DNA of 64,000 bases from NCBI GenBank assembly GCA_942492195.1, contig CALOEH010000107.1:4674-68673 (forward strand), read 5' to 3'. This stretch comes from an uncultured Planctomycetia bacterium (GTDB lineage: Bacteria; Planctomycetota; Planctomycetia; Pirellulales; S012-138). The first letter of the stretch is position 1; each line of letters starts with the position of its first letter. Of the stretch, positions 56,273 through 64,000 are shown in pieces. The notes beneath the pieces were generated by a model. The model was given only the letters and a program-made list of their open reading frames with translations, did not search any database and was not told where the DNA came from. The position numbers and the translations under genes are program-made.

Positions 56273-57280
56273 ATGCTGCTCGCCGGTAAACCGACACTGG
56301 AATTGATTGACGAGGTCCCATGGTCCGCGCTGCATCACGCATATGGAAGCGCGGATGACGTGCCGGGCCAGATCCGTGCCCTGCTTCACCCCGACCCAAA
56401 AGTGCGACGGGATGTCTTGTTCACATTCACACGCAACATTTTTCATCAGGGGTCGCGCTATCCGGCAACAGTCGCGTCCATCCCATTTTTTGTTGAGTTG
56501 CTGAAGTATGAAGGCGTCGATGACCGTGCGAGCATTCTCGACTTGTTAGCGTATTTGGCGGTGGGATATCCAGACGAGCATTGGAAGAATGTCGACTTGA
56601 AGGATATCGTCGAAGCTGCCAACCCGCTCCGAGAGATCACTCGATTCGAAGGATCATGGATGGATCCCGAATACGAGATTGAAGAAGGGACCGTTTTGCG
56701 GGAGTGTTATGCGGAAGTGGCTGCCGGTTTTCCGGTCTACTTCGAGTTGCTTGAACACAGCGATGCAACCATTGCAATTGCAGCCAGCTTTTTGATGGCA
56801 TTTTTCCCGTTGCATGCATTTGGGGCTGGTTCAAAACTGCTGGAGATTTCACGGAGCGACAAACGGCATCAACTCGTTCGCGCCTCGGCCCTGATTAGCC
56901 TGAGCTATTTGCAGGGCGGAGATGTACGAAACTCGTTTCTTCACGATTCCGCAGACGCGTTGATGTCGTTGGATGTCACAGTCAATCAGCAAATCCCCTT
57001 CCTCACAGCCTGCGCCGCACTATGTCTACTACGCGACGACAAATGGAAGGGAACCGAGGCCGAAATACATCAGTTGAAACAAACTGCCGAAGCGTGTATC
57101 GCGAACGGAATTGAGGAGGTGGAGTGCGACTTCTACACTGCCCACGAAGCCCCCGATGAGATCGACACGTCAGAAGAATACTACGAAGCCTTTCTTGCGC
57201 CGCAGATTAGTTTCCCCTGGGCGATTGAATCTCACATCAAGAGACATATCCGTCGATTATTGAGAAGGAATCAATCATGA
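56273..57280 (+). CDS. hypothetical helical-repeat (HEAT/ARM-like) protein
   Basis: The ORF begins at TTG 56255; ATG 56273 gives MLLAGKPTLELIDEVPWSALHHAYGSADDVPGQIRALLHPDPKVRRDVL... Confidence 0.55.
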   Translation: MLLAGKPTLELIDEVPWSALHHAYGSADDVPGQIRALLHPDPKVRRDVLFTFTRNIFHQGSRYPATVASIPFFVELLKYEGVDDRASILDLLAYLAVGYPDEHWKNVDLKDIVEAANPLREITRFEGSWMDPEYEIEEGTVLRECYAEVAAGFPVYFELLEHSDATIAIAASFLMAFFPLHAFGAGSKLLEISRSDKRHQLVRASALISLSYLQGGDVRNSFLHDSADALMSLDVTVNQQIPFLTACAALCLLRDDKWKGTEAEIHQLKQTAEACIANGIEEVECDFYTAHEAPDEIDTSEEYYEAFLAPQISFPWAIESHIKRHIRRLLRRNQS

Positions 57281-58899
57281 CCGATGGGCCAACGTTCGAC
57301 CTTGAGCCGTTAGTCGCACGACTCGCAGTCGCTGCCGATCCTGAACGCGCGATCTCGATTTCTAGAATGATGCTTGACCATGCATTCGGCGAAAAGTACG
57401 GCATGAGTTCGTGCGACTACCCAGAACGCGTGTTTCCCATAGGAGATTGGAACGAAGTCCAGAAGATTGTTTTGCGTGCGATTGCCCGGTGTGGTATCGC
57501 CTGGCCAGCCATCGGCTTCAGTCTGCAAATGGCGTTGGAGATCGATTTTGAACCCACCCAAGAAGAACTGCGAGATGCGTTGAGCGGTGAATCTGTCAAG
57601 GACGATTCCGAGTCTGAATCAGGTGCCGCAACCGACTTTTCGGATGAGGCCGTTCTGGCCGCTGTTGTTAAGCTTTACGAGAGTTTCGCGATTTCCAATC
57701 GAGGAACCACCGAAGCACTAAAGGAATTCGCGCCCTATCGGCCGTACTCTGCAGTAGGCGTTGCGTTTCTGATCGCAAAGCTGAGTGCCAAAACGACAGC
57801 GGAACGCGAATCCGCAGCATGGGCGTTGGGACGAATGGGTCCGTACGCCGTCGAAGCTGTGCCTTCGCTTCTCCTGAAGATGGACAGCGACGCCGAGAAT
57901 CGCTATTCCGCCCTGGCTCTCGAAGAGATTCCACTATCACCTGAGAACTACGAATTACTTTGCGATCGGGTCGAGAATGGATCCGAACAGACGGACATGT
58001 TTCAATACATGCGGATCATTGGAGATAATGTCACAACAGAACGATTGAATCGGTGGATAAGCCATCCAAACGCCCAACTTCGCTATCAAGCCATCGGCAG
58101 GTTGGGGGAACGACTTCCAACCCAAATCAAGACGACGTTGCTTCGTGCTCTTGCGGACCCGGACAAAAACGTCGTTCGGCGAGCAAAATCCGTACTCGCG
58201 CAACCCACATCGCAGACGGCCTGCTGGTACTTTGCCGAGTTAAACCAGCTAACAGACCTTCAGAGGCGCGAAATCGGTGATGCGTTTTGCAACGAGAAAA
58301 CCGACGTAAGCTCATACAAGAGTCAACTGTTCGAAGTCTTGCGCTCCCACGAGGATGTGGCACTCGTAAAGAACCTGGTCCCGTTAGTTGCGTACTTTGG
58401 CGACAAGAGAGCAGACGATGTCGATGTCCTCGTGGAAATCCGAGGCCGGTTCGATTCGGTGTCACTAAAATCTGAGTTGATTCGCACGATTCGTGGCATA
58501 CATAGCAGCGGATACGACGAGAAGCTTATTGACTCGCTTGCCGAATTCCTCGATGAGCCAAACGAGTATATTCGTGCCCTGGCGATCGATAACATTGGCT
58601 GCTTCAAAGTCGATACGGAGCAGCCAGTTGCTTTGCTCAAGGGCGCCATGCGGGATTCTTCTGAACGCGTGCAACTCAAGGCACTTTGGCACCTTTACTA
58701 TCGTGGTCCGGCCTACATTCGAGACCTGGTGGCGGGACTTGAGAATTACTCGGACCGCGTATCTGCTGAGTTGATTTGGGCACTCGGAACGTCGGGAAAT
58801 GAAAGAGAACTTGTCGTCTCCGCACTCACGTCAGGCATCGTCGCCAATCGACCACTGACGGGGAATGCCGTTAGATGGCTCGCAGCGCAGACGCAATAA
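57277..58899 (+). CDS. HEAT-repeat protein
   Basis: ATGA start/stop overlap with the upstream gene. HEAT-like units include SAAWALGRMGP, NAQLRYQAIGRLGE, DPDKNVVRRAKSVL, EYIRALAIDNIG and SERVQLKALWHL. Confidence 0.6.
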   Translation: MTDGPTFDLEPLVARLAVAADPERAISISRMMLDHAFGEKYGMSSCDYPERVFPIGDWNEVQKIVLRAIARCGIAWPAIGFSLQMALEIDFEPTQEELRDALSGESVKDDSESESGAATDFSDEAVLAAVVKLYESFAISNRGTTEALKEFAPYRPYSAVGVAFLIAKLSAKTTAERESAAWALGRMGPYAVEAVPSLLLKMDSDAENRYSALALEEIPLSPENYELLCDRVENGSEQTDMFQYMRIIGDNVTTERLNRWISHPNAQLRYQAIGRLGERLPTQIKTTLLRALADPDKNVVRRAKSVLAQPTSQTACWYFAELNQLTDLQRREIGDAFCNEKTDVSSYKSQLFEVLRSHEDVALVKNLVPLVAYFGDKRADDVDVLVEIRGRFDSVSLKSELIRTIRGIHSSGYDEKLIDSLAEFLDEPNEYIRALAIDNIGCFKVDTEQPVALLKGAMRDSSERVQLKALWHLYYRGPAYIRDLVAGLENYSDRVSAELIWALGTSGNERELVVSALTSGIVANRPLTGNAVRWLAAQTQ

Positions 58900-59090
58900 T
58901 GATCCCCTCGCCCGCGTGAGCCATCGCCCGGCTCCGTTGCTGCCGCTACTACGAATTACATGTCAATTGGTTAGACAATTTCCAACAAATGTACAACGCC
59001 TTCGGCGATAACGAGCGCAGACCGCGGGCGTAGTCTGCATTTTGCAGGGTTACGCCTGTGGGCTAACCCAGCGACTCCCCTGAACAATCC

Positions 59091-59975
59091 CTACGCGCTG
59101 CGTTTGCGTTCGATGGCGCGTTGGAGGGCGGTGCCCATGTCGGCGGGGCTTTCGGCAACGACGATTCCGGCATTTTCTAGAGCGGCGACTTTTTCGACGG
59201 CCGTTCCCTTACCACCGGAGATGATGGCACCGGCGTGCCCCATCCGTTTGCCAGGAGGGGCGGTACGTCCGGCAATGAAGGCGGCAACGGGCTTGGTGAC
59301 GTGGGCTTCGACGTAGGCGGCCGCTTCTTCTTCAGCCGTTCCGCCGATTTCGCCCATCATCATGATGGCCTCGGTCTTGGGGTCGTTCTCAAACATTTCC
59401 AGCAGATCAATGAACGAGGTGCCGACAATCGGGTCTCCGCCGAGGCCAACACAGGTGCTTTGACCGAGCTTGAGGTTGCTCAATTGCCAGACCGCTTCGT
59501 ACGTGAGCGTGCCAGAACGGCTCATCACACCGACGGGGCCAGGGGAGTGGATGTAGCCAGGCATGATGCCGAGCTTGCACTCGCCAGGCGTAATCACGCC
59601 GGGGCAGTTGGGCCCGATCAATACCGACCCGCTCCGTTTGACGACGTCGTACACGCGCACCATGTCAACTACGGGAACCCCTTCGGTGATTGCGACCACG
59701 GTGGGGATGCCGGCGTCAATGGCTTCGAGAATGGCATCGGCGGCGAACGGTGGCGGGACGAAGATCATGGTGGCGTTGGCACCGGTCTTTTCCACGGCCT
59801 CGGCCACGGTGTCGAAGACCGGAACGTTTTCGATTGTCGAGCCTCCCTTGCCTGGCGTAACGCCAGCCACCACGTTGGTGCCGTACTCGATGCAGTTCTT
59901 GGTATGAAAATGCCCTGCCGAACCGGTGATTCCTTGGCACAGCAGGCGAGTTTGCTTATCGACGAGAATGCTCAT
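59091..59975 (-). CDS. sucD: succinyl-CoA synthetase alpha subunit
   Basis: [25 protein letters not shown] and [14 protein letters not shown]. Confidence 0.95.
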   Translation of the reverse strand: MSILVDKQTRLLCQGITGSAGHFHTKNCIEYGTNVVAGVTPGKGGSTIENVPVFDTVAEAVEKTGANATMIFVPPPFAADAILEAIDAGIPTVVAITEGVPVVDMVRVYDVVKRSGSVLIGPNCPGVITPGECKLGIMPGYIHSPGPVGVMSRSGTLTYEAVWQLSNLKLGQSTCVGLGGDPIVGTSFIDLLEMFENDPKTEAIMMMGEIGGTAEEEAAAYVEAHVTKPVAAFIAGRTAPPGKRMGHAGAIISGGKGTAVEKVAALENAGIVVAESPADMGTALQRAIERKRSA

Positions 59976-60056
59976 GAAATTGACGGCACACGTTAAGAGG
60001 AATTGAGAATAAATTTTGTGTATGCGGCGTGGCCGCTAATGATTCAAGCGTGCCGC

Positions 60057-61244
60057 TTAGGCTCCGGCCGCGGCAACCACCTTTTGAGCGGCGTCGGTCA
60101 GTCCTTCGGCCGTGATGATATCGACATCGCTCTTCGCCAGGATCTCTCGTCCCTGTTCCACTTCGGTCCCTTCGAGTCGCACGACCAGTGGCACGTTGAA
60201 ACCGACGGTCTTGTAGGCGGCCAGCACGGCGTTGGCAATCGTGGTGCAACGCATGATCCCGCCAAAGATGTTGACCAACACGGCCTTGACGTTCTTGTCA
60301 TCTAGCAAGATCCGGAAGGCTTCAGTGACTTGGGCTTCGTTGGCACCGCCACCCACATCCAGGAAGTTGGCCGGCTCACCACCATGCAGTTTGATTAAGT
60401 CCATGGTGCTCATGGCAAGCCCTGCACCGTTGACCAGGCAGCCGATGTTGCCTTCGAGCTTGACGTAGCTGAGGCCGGCGTTGCCAGCTTTGACTTCGGC
60501 CGGTTCTTCTTCGGCCAGATCGCGAAATTCTTTCACGTCCGGATGGCGGAACATGGCGTTGTCATCAAACGTCATCTTGGCGTCCAAGGCGATCATCTCG
60601 CCTGAGCCGGTGATGACCAACGGGTTGATCTCCGCCAGGCTGCAATCGTATTGGACGAATACCCGGCAGAGGGCTTTCATGAACTTTTCAGCCGAGCGGG
60701 CCGAGGCTCCTTTGATGTTCAACTTGGCTGCCAGTTTGCGAGCTTGAAAACTCGCCAAGCCGGAGTCTGGATCGAACGGCTCTTTGAAGATCAACTCAGG
60801 CGTCTTGGCGGCCACGTCCTCAATGTTCATGCCCCCCTCGCTCGAAACCATCAACACCGGCTTGGCACAGGCCCGATCAATCACGATGCCCAGGTACAAC
60901 TCTTGGGCGATATCACAGCCGGCTTCGACCAACACCCGGCGAACCACCTGACCTTCTTGACCTGTCTGGATGGTGACCAGGGGACCGCCGAGCATGCCAG
61001 CGGCGGCCTGTTGGGCTTCTTCGGCGGAGCGTACCAACTGCACGCCGTGCTGATCTGGCTTGGTTTTGATGATTCCCTTACCTCGGCCCCCGGCGTGGAT
61101 TTGGGCTTTGACCACAGCCAGATCTCCCCCCAGTTCCTTAAAGGCAGCGGCTGCCGCCTCGGGGGTCTCCGCCATGATACCGGCGGGGACTGGCACCTGA
61201 TTGTCGCGAAGGATCTGCTTCGCCTGATATTCGTGAATTTTCAT
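60057..61244 (-). CDS. sucC: succinyl-CoA synthetase beta subunit
   Basis: [44 protein letters not shown] and NIFGGIMRC. Confidence 0.95.
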   Translation of the reverse strand: MKIHEYQAKQILRDNQVPVPAGIMAETPEAAAAAFKELGGDLAVVKAQIHAGGRGKGIIKTKPDQHGVQLVRSAEEAQQAAAGMLGGPLVTIQTGQEGQVVRRVLVEAGCDIAQELYLGIVIDRACAKPVLMVSSEGGMNIEDVAAKTPELIFKEPFDPDSGLASFQARKLAAKLNIKGASARSAEKFMKALCRVFVQYDCSLAEINPLVITGSGEMIALDAKMTFDDNAMFRHPDVKEFRDLAEEEPAEVKAGNAGLSYVKLEGNIGCLVNGAGLAMSTMDLIKLHGGEPANFLDVGGGANEAQVTEAFRILLDDKNVKAVLVNIFGGIMRCTTIANAVLAAYKTVGFNVPLVVRLEGTEVEQGREILAKSDVDIITAEGLTDAAQKVVAAAGA

Positions 61245-61580
61245 GCGGACAAAACTTCAATCAGATTGGCGAGGGAGCGAGTGTCGGTCTGGTTACGAAA
61301 CGCATCACATAGTTCGATGTGGCAAGTGCGACACTCAAGGAGGGTGAACGCGAAGCCAGCGGCCTCGTTCGCGGCGATTATAAAAGTGCCTGGCGCAGAT
61401 GGTCAAGCACCTGCCGAAAACCGTTGTCATGCCGCGGCTCCTGCTGACGGGACACTTCCGGCATGGTATCTTGGGCGAAGTTGCCCAACCTGCAGGAACT
61501 TGCACCCGAATTAGCGACCTCAAAAGTTTCACTCAGCCACTTCCGACGGTCACTCGAAACTCTGCAAATCCCGGTAAATC

Positions 61581-62861
61581 ATGACAGCTACGCTGCGAAC
61601 CGTCACTCTCGGCTGCAAGGTCAACCAATACGAAACGGAGTTCGTACGCCAGGGCCTGTTGAGCGCAGGATTCGAAGATGCTGCCGAGGACACGCCGGCT
61701 GACCTGTGTGTGGTCAACACCTGCACGGTCACTTCCGAAGGAGATTCGAAGAGCCGGCAGATCATTCGGCAACTTGCCCGGCGTAACCCTGACTCGCGGA
61801 TTGTGGTCATGGGCTGCTATGCCACGCGGGCTCCTGAGGAGATCGCTCAGCTTCCCAACGTGGCCGAGATTGTTACGGACAAACGTGAGCTTCCGGACCT
61901 GCTCGGCAGGTTTGGTGTGGTGGACTTGCCGACCGGATTGACGCATTTTGGTCCCCGGCAGCGGGCGTATGTCAAAGTCCAAGACGGCTGCCTGTTGCGG
62001 TGCAGTTTCTGCATCATTCCGCATGTCCGGCCGCACATGTCAAGCCGGCCGGCCCAGCATATCTTGGACGAAGTGCAGCAGCTCATCGAGCATGGGCATC
62101 GCGAGATTGTGCTGACCGGTATTCATCTGGGGCACTACGGCGTGGACCACAATCGTGGGCTTCCCAAAGCCCAGTGGAACCGGCTTTCGCGACTGCTCGA
62201 ACAGCTGATGCACATTCCGGGCGAGTTTCGCGTGCGTCTTTCGAGCATCGAAGCTACCGAGGTGACGCGCGAACTGATCGACGTCATGGCGGCCCACCCG
62301 GAGCGGATTTGTCCGCATTTGCATATTTCGATGCAGAGTGGTTCGGACGCGGTGCTAAGGAGAATGCGGCGTCGTTGGGGAAGTCGGCGGTTTGTTGACC
62401 GCTGCCGTTTGGTCCAGGAGCAACTGGATCAACCGGCCTTCACCACGGACGTCATCGTCGGCTTCCCTGGTGAAACGGAAGAAGACTTTGCGGCAACTTG
62501 CCGAGTGTGCGAAGAGGTAGGGTTCTCCAAACTACACATCTTCCCGTATAGTGCCAGACGGGGGACACCTGCCGCGGAGTTTGCCGATCAGCTTCCCAAG
62601 GCCATCAAATCCGAGCGAGGAGGTCGCTTGGCAGAGGTGGAGAAGACGCTCAGGGCTCGTTATTTCCAAACACTGGTTGGTCGGCGATTGCAAGTGCTGG
62701 CCGAGGCTGTCCATCCAGACCATCCTGATCTGCTGATGGGTACGGCGTGCCGTTATGCAACGGTACGTTTTGCCGGCAGTCCGAGCCAAATTGGGCGATT
62801 GCTGCCGGTGCGAATCGACGCAGCTGGCGAAGACCACTTGTTGGGTACGCTGGACGTGTAA
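61581..62861 (+). CDS. mtaB: tRNA methylthiotransferase, MtaB-like radical SAM enzyme
   Basis: TLGCKVNQYETE (UPF0004 domain), radical SAM CLLRCSFCIIP, and a C-terminal TRAM-like region. Confidence 0.8.
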   Translation: MTATLRTVTLGCKVNQYETEFVRQGLLSAGFEDAAEDTPADLCVVNTCTVTSEGDSKSRQIIRQLARRNPDSRIVVMGCYATRAPEEIAQLPNVAEIVTDKRELPDLLGRFGVVDLPTGLTHFGPRQRAYVKVQDGCLLRCSFCIIPHVRPHMSSRPAQHILDEVQQLIEHGHREIVLTGIHLGHYGVDHNRGLPKAQWNRLSRLLEQLMHIPGEFRVRLSSIEATEVTRELIDVMAAHPERICPHLHISMQSGSDAVLRRMRRRWGSRRFVDRCRLVQEQLDQPAFTTDVIVGFPGETEEDFAATCRVCEEVGFSKLHIFPYSARRGTPAAEFADQLPKAIKSERGGRLAEVEKTLRARYFQTLVGRRLQVLAEAVHPDHPDLLMGTACRYATVRFAGSPSQIGRLLPVRIDAAGEDHLLGTLDV

Positions 62862-62902
62862 CGACTCTTTCTCTTGGCTAAGTCGCCGGTTTCTTGGTTC
62901 TG

Positions 62903-63982
62903 TTAATAGGACCAGCGGAAGTCAATCCGGAACAGGTTGCTGTAGAATCGGTTGCTTGTAATGCCAACGTCCGAGGCGAGCCCGATTTCCAACAGGCCGA
63001 GGTCGCCACCGTTGTCGTAGACGAACCGCATGCCAGGAGCAATGTTGAGGATCCCTTCGGGGTCAATGTCCAGCACCACCCCGTTGGGCTCGGTTTGTTG
63101 ACCATCCAGGACGGACCAACCGTGCAACTCGAACGAGGGAATCAAGGCAATCATGTCGGTTTCGTACATGATCGTGGTGACGCCGGTTCCCCAGACAAAG
63201 ACCTCGCCTGAGTGCACGGGGTCACCGCCAAGCGGGAACCAGAATTTCAGTTCGTTGTGCCAATAGGTCCGATCACTCACGCGATAGCGAACCAACAGGC
63301 CAGGCTCCATAGAGACATGGCCACTGCCCAAACCACGTCGATCCAAGCCGGTGTTGAAATAGGTTCGCGTGATCTGGGAGAATTGCCAGTAGTCACCATT
63401 GATAAAGACCGTCTTGGTGGCGACGCTCATGTCCCCCAGTCCGGCCGTGTTGTTGTTTTGGTCCGGATCCAAGATGGTCAGCGGCAACGAGGTAATTGTG
63501 GAGAACGACTGGGTGCCTGCTTCGAGCGTGAAGCGAACCTGCTGGTAGTCGGTTCCGCTATCGATCTTGGGTGGCCCGCGTCCGCCGATCTTCGACCACA
63601 GGTACTCGGCCCGATCAGGCCGTTCCCAGTTGTAAGCGTTGTCGACACGGAGTCCAAAATGGGTGAATGGTTGCGAAGCTTCGACGAAGAACGGGGCCAG
63701 GGCAACGCGTTCGTAACCTACTCCTTCGCTATGCGGATCATGCTGACCGAACGCCTGCGCGAACTTGCCCCAGAAGGGATGGCAGTTCCAACATTCGCCA
63801 TGCGCCCCATGTTGACAACCGCAAGAATCGCAGTGACCAGATTCCATGGGGAGATAGTTATCAACAATCACTCCTTCGCCAACGATCTCCGGCGAAAGAA
63901 TCTCCGCTGAAAGCACACCGCTAGAAATCCCGGGATCCACCTGACTGCCAACCCTAGGGCTGGTAGGTGCCGGGGCCAACAC
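62903..63982 (-). CDS. putative outer-membrane beta-barrel protein with an N-terminal Cys/His cluster; may extend past the right edge
   Basis: Ends ...NLFRIDFRWSY (terminal aromatic residue). Contains HCDSCGCQHGAHGECWNCHPFW. The frame stays open from GTG 63982 to base 64000. Confidence 0.55.
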   Translation of the reverse strand: MLAPAPTSPRVGSQVDPGISSGVLSAEILSPEIVGEGVIVDNYLPMESGHCDSCGCQHGAHGECWNCHPFWGKFAQAFGQHDPHSEGVGYERVALAPFFVEASQPFTHFGLRVDNAYNWERPDRAEYLWSKIGGRGPPKIDSGTDYQQVRFTLEAGTQSFSTITSLPLTILDPDQNNNTAGLGDMSVATKTVFINGDYWQFSQITRTYFNTGLDRRGLGSGHVSMEPGLLVRYRVSDRTYWHNELKFWFPLGGDPVHSGEVFVWGTGVTTIMYETDMIALIPSFELHGWSVLDGQQTEPNGVVLDIDPEGILNIAPGMRFVYDNGGDLGLLEIGLASDVGITSNRFYSNLFRIDFRWSY

Positions 63983-64000
63983 GGACTGCGTCCCGCTGTC

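Overview
This 64-kb segment looks planctomycetal (Pirellulales-like). It carries DUF1501 and DUF1549/DUF1553 (PSCyt/PSD) genes, an ECF sigma factor overlapping a Ser/Thr kinase, giant repeat proteins with an N-terminal LE-x-R-x-LA motif, and a 1759-aa kinase-WD40 protein. GC is roughly 50-63% in the few lines I counted by hand. About 45 protein genes can be supported. Recognisable genes include proC, cysC, rarA, sucCD, mtaB, an M32 carboxypeptidase and AlgH/YqgE; the rest are secreted, envelope or hypothetical genes. Two insertion sequences can be delimited to the base: an IS4-family element at 546-2017 and an ISKra4-like element at 13225-14862. Each has perfect 19-bp inverted repeats and a 9-bp target duplication, and both have disrupted transposase frames. 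Two families of short intergenic repeats recur: a roughly 26-nt arm with a 9+3+9 palindrome (alone or as roughly 85-nt inverted dimers) and a roughly 110-nt GC-rich element, sometimes fused. I saw no rRNA, tRNA or CRISPR array. The leads most worth a second look are: (1) a six-haem cytochrome c encoded 21 nt upstream of a predicted outer-membrane barrel, with a divergent mono-haem partner; (2) the repeat families, which sit almost only in upstream regions; (3) an oxidoreductase / radical-SAM / FAH-like operon with an IS in its upstream region; (4) a giant adhesin followed 26 nt later by a zinc-ribbon kinase-WD40 giant; (5) two unrecognised gene pairs at 8193-9474 and 56273-58899. All functional calls come from motif recognition by eye; no database search or program was run.
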